A DNA stretch of 64,000 bases from an uncultured delta proteobacterium. GTDB lineage: Bacteria > Myxococcota_A > Polyangia > Haliangiales > Haliangiaceae. Below the pieces are notes generated by a model. That model had not been told where the DNA came from. It searched no databases and worked only from the letters and a program-made list of their open reading frames with translations. Numbering within the stretch: position 1 is the stretch's first letter; every line of letters begins with the position of its first letter. A program made the translations under genes and the position numbers. This document shows positions 32,200 to 43,542 of this stretch, one piece after another. The stretch lies in the NCBI GenBank assembly GCA_963848295.1, contig CAWKDB010000010.1, positions 736,001 through 800,000 on the forward strand, written 5' to 3'.

Positions 32200-33843
32200 T
32201 TACGGGTGCCACAGCGCGATCCGGGTGCAAGGCTCGAGCAACCGACCGTCGCGGAGCCGCGGACACGCTTCGAGCGCGTCGCGGGTGATCTCGAGCACGA
32301 CGTAGTGATGCACGGACTTCACGGCCTGCATCCCGTCGGGCGGACACGCCGGCTTACCACTGACTCCGCAGCTGACTTGATAGAGCGACGCACCACCGCC
32401 GCCGGTGACGATGTAGTGGATCCCGCCCGCGAACCCGCGCTGGTAGAGGTGATCGTGACCGGCGAGCAACAGGTCGACGTGGTAGCGCGCGAGGATCGGC
32501 ACGTAGCGCTCGCGTGCGACCGCGTTGCCGCGATGGATCCCGCGCGCATACGGTCCGGCGTGGGTGAACGCGAGGATCGCGCGCACGTTGCGGCCGCGTG
32601 CCGCCGCGAGATCGGTGTCGAGCCATTGCTCTTGTTCGGTGCGCTCGTACGCGTTCGAGTCGAGGAACACGAGATGGATGTCGGCGAGATCGATGCTGTA
32701 CCAGTTCGCGTCGGCCGGGCGGCCGGGTGGCCCCGGCGGCAACGCGAACACGCTGCCGGTCCAGCCGAGATCGTGGTTGCCGATCGCCGGGTAGTACGGC
32801 ACCGACGCGAGCAGGTCTCCCGCGATCGTGAAGAACCGCTGCCAGTCGCCTTCGTCGGTGCCGCGCACGACCATGTCGCCGGTCACCGCGACGAGATCGA
32901 GGGCTTCGCCGAGCATCTGCTCGACCAGCTCGTGGTGGATCTCGTGGCCGCCGCGCGTGTCTCCGTAGACGCCGATCCGGATCACGTCACCGGCCGAGGG
33001 TGCGGTATGGAACGTGAACCGCGGCGTGCGCGTCGAGCCAGCGGTCACGCGGTAGCTTACTTGCTGCCTCGGCGGCAAGCCGGTGAGCTCGAACGAATGG
33101 CGCGCGCCCGGCGGGCTGTCGAGCCGATGGACCTGATCGCCGCGATCGATCCACTCGAGCTGAGCGCCCAAGCCCGGATCGGTCTCGACCGCGATCGTCG
33201 CGGTGGTAGCGCCGACGCGTGCGATCACCGGGCCGCGCACGATGCCGAGCTCGCTCCGGCCGACGACATCGACGGCGAGCTCGGGCGATGGGTGATGACC
33301 GCCGGCCGGGTGGACCTCGATCGCGAGCGCGTGGTCGCCGACCGCGAGCTGGCCCGCCGCGATCGGAGAGTAGAACGTCTCCCATTCGTTGCCGTGGCTA
33401 TGCTCGGCGAGCGCCGAGACCTTGCCGGCCGGCAGCGCCCGGCGGCCGACTTCCCGGCCGTCGAGCCAGATCGCACAGCCATCGCGATAGCGCAGCCGGA
33501 TCTCGAGCATCCGTACGGTCGCGGCATCGGTGCCGACCGCGAACGTCGTGACCGCGTAGAGCGCGGCGATCCGGTTACCGCGAGGCGGCTTCGGATACAA
33601 CGCGCCCTTGGCATGCGCGCTACCGTCGACGGCAATCGGCCAGTGCGCAGGTGGTAGCGGCTCGGGATCATGCGCCCCGACGCTGATCGCTTGGTAGCGC
33701 CAGGTCGCGCCCGGGCCCACCAACGCGAGGCCGTGCGGCAGCGGCGTTCCGGCCGTCTCGGTCTCGACCGGTTCGGTCGGATCCGCGAAGGCGATCGCGC
33801 GCGCTGTGATGACGAGCGCAGCGACAGCGATCGCGCGAAACAC
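32200..33843 (-). CDS. Secreted purple acid phosphatase-like metallophosphoesterase
   Basis: GDTR, TGDMV, GNHD, GHDHLY, YIVTGGGGA; N-terminal beta-sandwich and FN3-like regions. Confidence 0.88.
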   Translation of the reverse strand: MFRAIAVAALVITARAIAFADPTEPVETETAGTPLPHGLALVGPGATWRYQAISVGAHDPEPLPPAHWPIAVDGSAHAKGALYPKPPRGNRIAALYAVTTFAVGTDAATVRMLEIRLRYRDGCAIWLDGREVGRRALPAGKVSALAEHSHGNEWETFYSPIAAGQLAVGDHALAIEVHPAGGHHPSPELAVDVVGRSELGIVRGPVIARVGATTATIAVETDPGLGAQLEWIDRGDQVHRLDSPPGARHSFELTGLPPRQQVSYRVTAGSTRTPRFTFHTAPSAGDVIRIGVYGDTRGGHEIHHELVEQMLGEALDLVAVTGDMVVRGTDEGDWQRFFTIAGDLLASVPYYPAIGNHDLGWTGSVFALPPGPPGRPADANWYSIDLADIHLVFLDSNAYERTEQEQWLDTDLAAARGRNVRAILAFTHAGPYARGIHRGNAVARERYVPILARYHVDLLLAGHDHLYQRGFAGGIHYIVTGGGGASLYQVSCGVSGKPACPPDGMQAVKSVHHYVVLEITRDALEACPRLRDGRLLEPCTRIALWHP

Positions 33844-33846
33844 GCG

Positions 33847-34278
33847 TTACGCGTGCTTGGCGGCCGACGTCGCGAGATCGAGCAATTGCGGGAGCGGGAG
33901 CGTCTCGAGCTTGGCAAGGTAATCCTTGTCCGTGCTCTTCTTGCCCGCGGTGCCGAGCGACGCGATCAACTTCTCGCGGCTGCCGAACTTCTCCTTGACG
34001 GTCGTGACCACGCGGCTCAAGCGGAGCAGCTGCTGGTTCGACGCCTTCTTGAGCTGACCGGCGAGCTGATCGGTGTCTTGATCGTGGCGCGCGAGCGACT
34101 CGGCGAGCGACTTCGCGAGCGCGTCCTTCGAGCCGTGGGCGGCATCGACGCGCGCTTTCGGGTGACGGGGCAGCTTCGCAGCGGGCGAAGCCGACTTCGC
34201 GGCCTTGGGCGCCTTCACGGTCTTAACGGGCTTGGCCTTCTCGGCCTTCGCGGACTTGTCGGTCTTCTTCGTCGCCAT
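33847..34278 (-). CDS. Basic Lys/Ala-rich hypothetical protein
   Basis: Histone-H1-like N-terminus; two internal V...(H/F)GS(K/R)..L repeats. Confidence 0.7.
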   Translation of the reverse strand: MATKKTDKSAKAEKAKPVKTVKAPKAAKSASPAAKLPRHPKARVDAAHGSKDALAKSLAESLARHDQDTDQLAGQLKKASNQQLLRLSRVVTTVKEKFGSREKLIASLGTAGKKSTDKDYLAKLETLPLPQLLDLATSAAKHA

Positions 34279-34289
34279 GGTGTGCTCTC

Positions 34290-35312
34290 TTATTGCGCAG
34301 AACCGGAGCCGGAGCCCGCGGGAGGCGAATCCTGCGCAGAGGACACCCCGCCGTCAAGGACGGAAATCAGCTGATTGATGTCGTCGAGGTCGAGCTCGAC
34401 CTTGAGGTGGACTCGGTCGTGCTCCGCCGAGATCGCGATCTTGTCGACGAGCTTGCCGAGGCGCTTGGCCTGAGCCGCCGCTCCCATCAGCGCGAGCTGG
34501 CTCTTGGCGAACGATTCCAGCGTCTTGGCGTCGGCGTCATTCGCCATGATCGCGGTGAGCTCGAGCGTGAACCCGCTGGTCGCGTCGGCGGTGAGCACGA
34601 GCGCGGCGGGCCCGGCCGACAGCGCGCCCGCGGTCGCCTTGACGAGGCCAACTCGGACCCGCTCGTCGGCGCGGCCGACCGCCCAGGCCGGGGCGTTCTG
34701 ATCGGCGAGCGAGAGCCACGTCTTCATCTCGGGGTTGTCGAGCAGCTTCTTGCCGGGGAGCAGCGCATCGGTCGTGTACTGCTCGTCGGCGCCGAGCACG
34801 ACGGTGTCGCTGCGGCCGAACCCGAACCACATCGAGCGATTGCCGTCGGTCGCGTGATAGAGCGTGCCCGACCCCACCGGCCTGCCGGTGACCGAGCTAT
34901 CACCCTTGCCGAGCATCGCGCGCACGCACGCCACGAGGTTCGCTTCGACAAACTGGCCGGTCGCGACGATCAGCACGGGGCCCGTGCCCGGCTTGGGCCC
35001 GGTGTGCGGCCCGATCGCGACCACGATGCGCTTCACCTGCTTGGCGAAGTCGATCTTGCAGCTGTCGTGGAGTTGCTGCCAGCGCGCCGCCAGATCGGGC
35101 GTGCCGAGCAGCAAGCGCTCGACCGCGCGTCGGACGAGCGGCGAATCGATCACTCGAGGAACGTCGACCGCGATCACGACCTCGGCATTCGCCGGAACCG
35201 CGGCGATGCCGGTGATCTCGGGCGGCGGACCGTTCGATCCCGCTGCTTTCTTGCGGCCGCAACCGCCGATCGCGACCGCGGCGACGACCAGGAGCGCCAG
35301 CGCGCGCTTCAC
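34290..35312 (-). CDS. Hypothetical lipoprotein
   Basis: Lipobox IGGC; AVPANAEVVIAVDVPRV motif. Confidence 0.72.
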   Translation of the reverse strand: MKRALALLVVAAVAIGGCGRKKAAGSNGPPPEITGIAAVPANAEVVIAVDVPRVIDSPLVRRAVERLLLGTPDLAARWQQLHDSCKIDFAKQVKRIVVAIGPHTGPKPGTGPVLIVATGQFVEANLVACVRAMLGKGDSSVTGRPVGSGTLYHATDGNRSMWFGFGRSDTVVLGADEQYTTDALLPGKKLLDNPEMKTWLSLADQNAPAWAVGRADERVRVGLVKATAGALSAGPAALVLTADATSGFTLELTAIMANDADAKTLESFAKSQLALMGAAAQAKRLGKLVDKIAISAEHDRVHLKVELDLDDINQLISVLDGGVSSAQDSPPAGSGSGSAQ

Positions 35313-35314
35313 AT

Positions 35315-36271
35315 TCAGCCGCCGCCCATCAAGCCACCGAGCCCACCCTTCGCCATCGCCGCGACCGACTTGAGCTGCGCCTCGGTCATCGCGACATCGA
35401 GGTGAACCTCTGCGCCGTCTGACGTCACCTCGAGCTTGTCGAACATCGCCTTGATCATCGGGCTGCCGATCTGGCCCTTCGCCATCGTGGTCAGCTGCGT
35501 CGCTTCATCCGCCGAGCTCATCCGGACCCGCAGGTCGAGGCCGAGGCCGTCGGTGACGTTGAGCGAGCCGAAGATCCGCTTCGGGTGCATCCCCAGCTGG
35601 CCGAGCTGGCTGAACGCCGGCGCTTCGGCGTTGATCACGACCCACAGCGACTGGTCGGGCTTGATCTTGCCGAACACTTCGCTGAACGCCGGCGACGTCT
35701 TCAGCCCGCTGTTGGCCGACGCCACCTTCTTGATGCTGTCCTTGGTCACGTCCGGGCCGACCACGCCGACCATCGTCGTGTCGTTCGTGAAGCCGACCGC
35801 GACCGACGGCCCGTGACTCGGGTGTCCGATCATCACGTCGCCGTCGAGCGTCATCTTGGTGCCGTCCTTGCTCGACTCGTTGAGCTTGTCTTGGCACGGC
35901 TTCGCCAACAGCTTCGCCTTATCGATGCCATGGACCACGAACACGCCGCTGGTCTCATCGCCGCCGATGTTCTTCAGGCCGATCGAGATCGACTTGACCG
36001 ACTCGAACGGGTCGAAGCCGCAGGCCGCCTTGACGTCGCCGAGCTCCTTCGAGACCTTCTCCATGAGCTTCGGCGCGAACTGCTTGTACAGCGAGCTCGA
36101 CTGGACCTGAGCGAAGTTGATGCCCAAGACCACTTCAGAGTCGGCCGGCAGCAGCGCGAGATCCTCGCTCGACGTCGCGCCGCTGGAGGAGCCTCCGTGA
36201 TCCTTGCTGCAACCGCTAACGACGAGCCCGACAGAGAGCGCAGCGACGAACCAAGCATGACGAAAACGCAT
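35315..36271 (-). CDS. Hypothetical lipoprotein
   Basis: Lipobox VSGC; LALLPADSEVVLGINFAQV motif; GGAG upstream. Confidence 0.75.
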   Translation of the reverse strand: MRFRHAWFVAALSVGLVVSGCSKDHGGSSSGATSSEDLALLPADSEVVLGINFAQVQSSSLYKQFAPKLMEKVSKELGDVKAACGFDPFESVKSISIGLKNIGGDETSGVFVVHGIDKAKLLAKPCQDKLNESSKDGTKMTLDGDVMIGHPSHGPSVAVGFTNDTTMVGVVGPDVTKDSIKKVASANSGLKTSPAFSEVFGKIKPDQSLWVVINAEAPAFSQLGQLGMHPKRIFGSLNVTDGLGLDLRVRMSSADEATQLTTMAKGQIGSPMIKAMFDKLEVTSDGAEVHLDVAMTEAQLKSVAAMAKGGLGGLMGGG

Positions 36272-36350
36272 TGAGAATCTCCTGAAGACGTCCGATTCCG
36301 GACGCTGGGGCTTATAACATGCGGTCGTGATAGCGTCGCGGCCGATCGTC

Positions 36351-37043
36351 ATGCCGTGGCTGCCCCACCGATTGCGCGATGCCGAAGTGTGGGCGAAGGT
36401 CGATGCGAACGGCGCACTTGTCGCCGATCGTGACGGTCGTGTCGAGATCGTTTACAAGCCGGCGGCGGGCGCAAAAGTTTATCGGGCGGGAGCGCGCAAC
36501 CTCGCTGCGACAGGGGGTGCGGCAGTCGAGTTTGACCCAGGCGAGCGCGCACTGGAAAAGCCGCAACCCGGAGCGCCGCCGAAGGTGGACAAGTCGGGCG
36601 AACGCCCGACGCGTAGCGCCGGCGCAGGCGGAGCGAAGGTAGACGATGATGCGATCCACGTGTGGACCGACGGCGCGTGCTCGGGCAACCCGGGCCCAGC
36701 CGGTGCGGGCGTCGTCGTGATCGATGGCAGCGAGCGCAAGGAGCTGTCCGAGTATCTCGGCGTGGGCACGAACAACATCGCGGAGCTCACCGCGATCCTG
36801 CTCGGCCTCGAGCTCGTCGCCGATCGCAAGCGGCCGGTCATCGTCTACTCCGACTCCTCGTACTCGATCGGCCTGCTCACGCAAAACTGGAAGGCGAAGA
36901 AGAACATCGAGCTCGTCGATCAGCTGCGCGCGGTCTGCCGCCAGTTCGCCGACCTCCGCTTCGTCAAGGTCGCCGGTCACGCGGGCATCCCGCTCAACGA
37001 GCGCACCGACGAGCTCGCACGCGAGGCCATCACCCGGCGCTAG
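36351..37043 (+). CDS. rnhA: Ribonuclease HI with extra N-terminal domain
   Basis: [42 protein letters not shown]. Confidence 0.92.
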   Translation: MPWLPHRLRDAEVWAKVDANGALVADRDGRVEIVYKPAAGAKVYRAGARNLAATGGAAVEFDPGERALEKPQPGAPPKVDKSGERPTRSAGAGGAKVDDDAIHVWTDGACSGNPGPAGAGVVVIDGSERKELSEYLGVGTNNIAELTAILLGLELVADRKRPVIVYSDSSYSIGLLTQNWKAKKNIELVDQLRAVCRQFADLRFVKVAGHAGIPLNERTDELAREAITRR

Positions 37044-37975
37044 AGGTCGCGCTGGATCTCGGTCGCCACGTCGGCGAGCGTCGCGAAGCTCCAGCGTTGG
37101 CCGATCGTGTCGAGCGTGCGCTCGAGGCGCTCGAGCTTGGCGGCGATCGGGACGCGCAGATCGGGCTGACGCTCGACGAGCTCGCCCGGGATGCCGTCTT
37201 GGTCGGCGTCGGCGAAGTCGATGCCGTGGAGCTCGAAGTTGAAGAACGACCGCCGCGCCATCGCGGTGATCACGCGCGCGCGCACCCAGCTCGGCGCGAC
37301 GAGCAGCAACGTCCCGATCGCGGGCACCCGCGCGAACGGCGTCACCGCGATCGGGAGCTCGACGATCGGCGCTTGACCGCGGCGCCACGGCGCGATCATC
37401 GACGGCCGATACGGATCGCCCGGCGCGACTTGCGAGCGCGGATCGATCATCACCGCGCCGCTCGGTCGCCCGGTCAGCGCGAGCGCGGTCATCACCGCGG
37501 CCTTCGCGGCGTAATAGCCGGGCGCCGGAAAGATCGAGGAGTCGTAGCGATAGCCGAGCCGCGCGAGCGTATCGAGCATCGCGGGCGAGACGTCGTAGCC
37601 CGGCGCGCGGAACCCGACGACCTTACCGAGCGCGCGCACGACGCGATCACCACCCGCGATCTCGGCGTCGACCTCGGCGGCGGACAACCGCGCGAGCTCG
37701 TAGGGGTGCGAGTAGGAGTGGTTGCCGAGCTCGTCGCCGGCCGCGGCCAAGGCGCGCAATCGATCGGCGGCTTCGGCATCGGCCTCGACGTCTTTGCCGA
37801 CCACGAACCAGGTGACGTGAACGCCTCGCTTCGCGAACAAGGCGGCGGCCCGCGGCAACGCGCGGTCGAGGATCACGCGCTCGAGCTCGGCCGGCGCCAG
37901 CCCGAGACCGTGGATTCTGTAGTAGCAAGCGACGCTGTCGAGGTCGATCGAGATCGAGCAGTGGCGCGCGGTCAC
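37040..37975 (-). CDS. Polysaccharide deacetylase family protein
   Basis: [31 protein letters not shown]. Confidence 0.88.
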   Translation of the reverse strand: MTARHCSISIDLDSVACYYRIHGLGLAPAELERVILDRALPRAAALFAKRGVHVTWFVVGKDVEADAEAADRLRALAAAGDELGNHSYSHPYELARLSAAEVDAEIAGGDRVVRALGKVVGFRAPGYDVSPAMLDTLARLGYRYDSSIFPAPGYYAAKAAVMTALALTGRPSGAVMIDPRSQVAPGDPYRPSMIAPWRRGQAPIVELPIAVTPFARVPAIGTLLLVAPSWVRARVITAMARRSFFNFELHGIDFADADQDGIPGELVERQPDLRVPIAAKLERLERTLDTIGQRWSFATLADVATEIQRDL

Positions 37976-38714
37976 GGCTTGCCGCCGAAGCGGATCACGT
38001 AGGTCAGCTTCGCGAGCCCACGCAGCACGTTCGGCACGCGCTTCGTCAAGTTGATCGCGGGTGGTCGCTTCTCGGCGAGCCGCACCGGAATCTCCATCAT
38101 CCGGACGCCTTCGCGATTCGCCCGGATCACCATCTCGCTCGCGAACAGATCCCGATCGATCACGCACGCCTCGACGATCGGCAGCACGGTCGCGCGGTGG
38201 AACGCCTTGAGCCCGTGCGTGTCGGTGCCGCGGAAATCGAGCGCGACTCGCAACATGCCGTTGATCACCCGCGTCGCGGTGCGGCGGAACAGCGGGCGCT
38301 GATCGTTCGAGCCCTTCATCGCCTTGCTGCCGACGACGAAGTCCGCGTCGCCGTGGCGCAGCACGTCGAGCGCGCGGCGATGGAAGTCCAGGTCGCACAG
38401 GTCGATCTCTTCGCAGATCACCCAGGTGCCCCGCGCTTCGATGATGCCGCGGCGCAGCGCCTTGCCGTAGTTCGGCTCGCCGAGCGAGAACGTGCGGACC
38501 TCGGTGCGCTCGCTCGCGAGATGCTCGGCGAGCTCGACCGTGCGGTCCTTCGAGCCATTCTCCGCGAGCACGATCTCGAAGCTGAGGTCGGGCGCATCGA
38601 GCGCGGCGCGGACCGTGTCGAGCCCCTCGAGCAGCTCGGTCACCGCTTCGCGCAGGATGCCCTCCTCGTTGTAGACCGGGATGACGATCGAGACGTCGGG
38701 CACGGGGATCCCTA

Positions 38715-38718
<4 letters not shown>
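37972..38718 (-). CDS. GT2 polyprenol-phosphate glycosyltransferase (DPM1/ArnC-like)
   Basis: [38 protein letters not shown]. Confidence 0.88.
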
Positions 38719-39629
<911 letters not shown>

Positions 39630-39819
39630 CCGACCGGCGACACGAGCGCGAGAGCCTGCGCGCATCCGCCCGCTAGCATTTCGACAGGCTGCGCCACGGC
39701 GCGACGATATCACTTGCCCCTCGACGCCGGGGCGTGCCCCAGCCGGCATGAAACGATGCGGCACCGATCACGATTTCTCTGATCAAGAACCCCCAGCACA
39801 GCCGTGCTAGCTTCGCGGC

Positions 39820-42372
39820 GTGCGCCAGGTCCAGCGTTGGTGGATGCTGATCGCCGGCGTCGCGGTCGCGGCGCTCGCCATCGCCATCTTGCTGCCAGGG
39901 CTCGACGGCTTCGGGCTGTGGGAGCCGCAGGAGCGCCAGCTCGCCGACCGCGATGCGCCGCGCGACGGCTACCAGCCCAAGAATCATCCCGAAGCGTTCA
40001 GGCCCGCGCCGAAACCGCCCGAGCCGAAGCAAAGTAGCCGTGCGGCCGGCGTGCCCGGCGCTGCGGGCGTCCCCGGTGCCGTCACGCCGCCACCGGTGGT
40101 GACGCCGCCGGTGACGCCGATCGCCACGGGCAAGGAGACCTGCGATCACCAGGCGCCGAAAGATGCAGAGGCTCGCTCGCTGACCGCGCGCGCTGCGGCG
40201 TGGGGCCGCGACAACATCGGCGACTCGGACGGCGGCCGCCGCTCGCCGTTCGCGCTCCTCGGGATCATGACCGCACTGCTCATCGGGCTGATCGCGGCAC
40301 GCGGCGCCGGTCCACGCGCCGGCGTGCTCGCCGGATTGATCGCGCTGTCGATGCCGCTGCTCGTGTTGCAGAGCAGGCAGATCACGTCGGAGATCGGGAC
40401 GACAGCGGGCGCGGTCGCGATCATCTGGGGGCTGTACACGCTCGCGACGATCGGGCCGTGGCGCCGCGGCGTGCGGTTCAACGTGCTGCGGTTCCTTCAC
40501 GTCGACATCGCGATCGTCGCGATCGCGCTCGGCTCGTGGCTCGCGTTTTACGGCGGCGGCCTGCTCGTCGGCGTGATCCCGCCGTTCGTCGCGTTCGCGC
40601 TCGCCGGCTCGCTCGGCGCGCCGCTGTTCGTGCTGGCCGGGCAGGGGCTGTGGAATGCCAGCTTGCGCGGGCTCACGACGGTCGCGCCGCGCATGGCGGT
40701 CGGTCGCCGTCGCGCCACGCTGCGCGCCACCGATCTCGCGCTCGCGCTCGCGGGGCTGGCCGCGGCGATCATCGCGACCTACGCGATCTACTCGCTACTC
40801 CATCAAGTGTTCGAGCTGCGCACGCCGCAGCCCGGCACGACTCCGCTGCAACGCGAGATCTTCGGCAAAGCGATCGTGCCGACCGGCTGGCCGTCCACGT
40901 GCTGGTCATCGATGCTCGGCGGCACGTGGCGGGCCGACGACGACCTGCGCTACATCTACGACTCGACGTTCGAGCAGATCGCCTACGGCACATTCCCGTG
41001 GGGCGTGCTCGCGCCGATCGCGTTCGCGCAGCTGATCGCATCGCAAGAACCGCGCAAGCGACTGCTCGGATCGGTCACGCTCGCTTGGGCCGCCGCCGCG
41101 TGGGTGGCGAACGAGGTGTTCCAGCGCAAGGTCGGATTCGCGCTCTACACCGGGTTTCCCGCGATCGCGATCGCGGTCGGGGTTTGGGTCGACGGCCTGC
41201 TCGCCGCTCGTCATCGCGGCGATGTCGATCGGACCGGGCCGCCCGTCGGCGACCAGCCACCCGGCGCGAAGCTGATCGGCCTGTTCTTCGTCTTGGCCGT
41301 GCTCGATCTCGCGAAGGACCAGCAGTCGTTCACCGACAAGGTGACGTCGCTGCTCGTCGGTGGCGAATCGATTCCTTATCCGACCAGCACGCACGTGCTG
41401 TTTCTGCCGACCAAGCTGTGGATCTTGATCCTCGGCATGGTCATCGCGATCGGGTTCGCGCTCGCGCTGATCGCCTGGCGGCCGCGCGGCAAATGGCTGC
41501 AACGCGGCCCGGTGATCGCCGCGCTCGGCGGCACGCTCGCGCTCGCGCTGTTTTGGTCCAACGTATGGCAGCCCCTGTTGTCGCGCCACTTGTCTTCGAA
41601 GGAGATGTTCGACCAGGTCGTCGATCTCTACAAGCCGGGCGACGCGCTCGTCCTGATGGGGGACCTCGGCGACGCCCCGCACGACTACGCGCCCGACATC
41701 AAGCCCGAGGTCGTGCAGACCCGCGAGCAGATCACCGCGGCCCTCGGCCGCGAGCAGCGCGTGTTCGCGATCGCGCCCCAAGGCGAGCTGTGCACGCTGC
41801 ATCACGACATGACGTCGAAGCCGTACTTCGTGCTCGACGCGCACAATCAGCGCTCGTACTTGCTGTCGAACCGCGTCGATGGCGGGGTCGACGAAAACCC
41901 GCTGCGCGATGTGATCTTACACACCGAGCCGAAGAAGATCCCCAACCGGCCGAAGGCACGCATCGTGTTCGACAACCGGATCGAGCTGTTGGGCTGGAAG
42001 ATCGATCGCGAGATCTCGCGAGCGAGCACGTTCGAAGTCACGACCTATTACAAAGTCCTCTCGAACATCGGCGGCTCGTGGCAGGCGCTCTACCACTTCG
42101 ACATGCCCAAAGGCCCGCGCGGCTTTAACGGCGATCACAAGCCGATCGACGACCGCTGCTCGATGGCGAGCTGGCAAAAGGGTGACTACATCGTCGATAC
42201 GTTCAGCGTGACCGCCGGGAGCACCGCGACCCTGAAGGGCCAGTACGACGTGTGGACCGGGTTCTTTACCGGCTCGTTCCCGAACTGGCGCAACATGCCG
42301 ATCAGCGAGGCTCCGGGCGATATGCGCGACAACACGGATCGCGTGAAGATCACCCAGATCACGATCGATTGA
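39820..42372 (+). CDS. GT-C polytopic membrane glycosyltransferase (ArnT/PMT-like) with periplasmic C-terminal domains
   Basis: N-terminal TM followed by GLWEPQE; RSPFALLG; YGTFPW; many TM helices. Confidence 0.7.
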   Translation: MRQVQRWWMLIAGVAVAALAIAILLPGLDGFGLWEPQERQLADRDAPRDGYQPKNHPEAFRPAPKPPEPKQSSRAAGVPGAAGVPGAVTPPPVVTPPVTPIATGKETCDHQAPKDAEARSLTARAAAWGRDNIGDSDGGRRSPFALLGIMTALLIGLIAARGAGPRAGVLAGLIALSMPLLVLQSRQITSEIGTTAGAVAIIWGLYTLATIGPWRRGVRFNVLRFLHVDIAIVAIALGSWLAFYGGGLLVGVIPPFVAFALAGSLGAPLFVLAGQGLWNASLRGLTTVAPRMAVGRRRATLRATDLALALAGLAAAIIATYAIYSLLHQVFELRTPQPGTTPLQREIFGKAIVPTGWPSTCWSSMLGGTWRADDDLRYIYDSTFEQIAYGTFPWGVLAPIAFAQLIASQEPRKRLLGSVTLAWAAAAWVANEVFQRKVGFALYTGFPAIAIAVGVWVDGLLAARHRGDVDRTGPPVGDQPPGAKLIGLFFVLAVLDLAKDQQSFTDKVTSLLVGGESIPYPTSTHVLFLPTKLWILILGMVIAIGFALALIAWRPRGKWLQRGPVIAALGGTLALALFWSNVWQPLLSRHLSSKEMFDQVVDLYKPGDALVLMGDLGDAPHDYAPDIKPEVVQTREQITAALGREQRVFAIAPQGELCTLHHDMTSKPYFVLDAHNQRSYLLSNRVDGGVDENPLRDVILHTEPKKIPNRPKARIVFDNRIELLGWKIDREISRASTFEVTTYYKVLSNIGGSWQALYHFDMPKGPRGFNGDHKPIDDRCSMASWQKGDYIVDTFSVTAGSTATLKGQYDVWTGFFTGSFPNWRNMPISEAPGDMRDNTDRVKITQITID

Positions 42373-42392
42373 CGCGAGGGGGGCTCGGGGTT

Positions 42393-42788
42393 ATGACGCG
42401 ACGGATGGTCAAGGTCCGCGAGGGAACAGCGCCGACGGTCAGCGACGCCGAGCGTCGTCGCGCACCGCGTGTGCTCGTCGATCTCGAGGTCGACTACGCG
42501 AGCGAAGAGAACTACCTGTTCGCGTACATCACCGACATCAGCGAGACCGGCATCTTCGTCCGCACGACGACGCCGGAGCCGCCGGGCACGAACTTGAACT
42601 TGCGGTTCAAGCCGGATGACGAGGGGCCGTCGATCGAGATCGAAGGCAAGGTGATCTGGGTCAACCCGTATCGCCCGGGCACGCCGGACAACCTGCACCC
42701 CGGGATGGGCATTCGCTTCGTCGATCTCGATGACGAGCTACGCGATCGCCTGCTCGAGCTCGTCCGCCGGTTCGCGTACCTGTCGTAG
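42393..42788 (+). CDS. PilZ domain protein (myxobacterial TIGR02266-like)
   Basis: ERRRAPRV (RxxxR), DISETGIF, GKVIWVN, PGMGIRF. Confidence 0.9.
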   Translation: MTRRMVKVREGTAPTVSDAERRRAPRVLVDLEVDYASEENYLFAYITDISETGIFVRTTTPEPPGTNLNLRFKPDDEGPSIEIEGKVIWVNPYRPGTPDNLHPGMGIRFVDLDDELRDRLLELVRRFAYLS

Positions 42789-42793
42789 CTGTG

Positions 42794-43309
42794 TCACTCG
42801 AGCGGCGTGACGTCGAACGAAAACGATCCGTCGGCGCTGCACGGGGTCGCGCAGTCACCGTTGTCGACCTCGACCGTCTCGGCGTAGTGGTACGTCAGCG
42901 TGAGCTGGCACGTCGCCTCGGCGAGCGTGCCGGTCAGGGTCTCGGTGGCGCGCCATTCGCAGCCGTCGGTGAAGTCGTGCAGCGCGTAGTACGACAGCGA
43001 GACCGCGCCGGCGTCGACCGTGCCCGTGTAGACGAGCGAGCCCGCATCGAACGCGATCGACAGCATCGTTTGATCGCGCGACACGGTGACCTGGCCGGTC
43101 ATCCGAGCCAGATTGTTCCAGATCGCACAATCCTCGATCGTCGATGTGCCGGGCATCACTTCACCGGTTGTCGACGGCGCGTAGCACAGCGGGGCGATCG
43201 CCGAATCGGCAGTCGCGATCGGCATCGCCGCGTCGGTCGAGGTGCCCGGGCGCGCGGCGGGCGCGCAAGCGGCGGTGGCGGCGATCGCGAATAACCAGGC
43301 GGCGCGCAT
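42794..43309 (-). CDS. Hypothetical lipoprotein
   Basis: MRAAWLFAIAATAAC lipobox; Cys-containing beta-rich body. Confidence 0.65.
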   Translation of the reverse strand: MRAAWLFAIAATAACAPAARPGTSTDAAMPIATADSAIAPLCYAPSTTGEVMPGTSTIEDCAIWNNLARMTGQVTVSRDQTMLSIAFDAGSLVYTGTVDAGAVSLSYYALHDFTDGCEWRATETLTGTLAEATCQLTLTYHYAETVEVDNGDCATPCSADGSFSFDVTPLE

Positions 43310-43362
43310 CGAGGTCGGGTTAGCAAACCGAACACTTCTGCGCAACGCTAAAGATGTTGCAG

Positions 43363-43542
43363 CTATTCGTCGTCGCTTCCGGTCGGCGGCGTCGCGGGCT
43401 CGGCGGGGACGCGAAACTCTTCGCCGAACCAGCGGCCGAGATCGACGAGCTGACAGCGCTCGCTGCAGAACGGATAGAACCTGTTCGCGTCGCGCGCGGC
43501 CGCCGCCTTGCACGTCGGGCACGCGGTGGGCCGGCGGGTCAC
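43363..43542 (-). CDS. yacG: DNA gyrase inhibitor YacG (59 aa, absent from the ORF track)
   Basis: Hand translation gives CPTCK ... YPFCSERCQLVDLGRWFGEEFRVP; GTGA overlap with the upstream gene. Confidence 0.9.
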   Translation of the reverse strand: MTRRPTACPTCKAAAARDANRFYPFCSERCQLVDLGRWFGEEFRVPAEPATPPTGSDDE

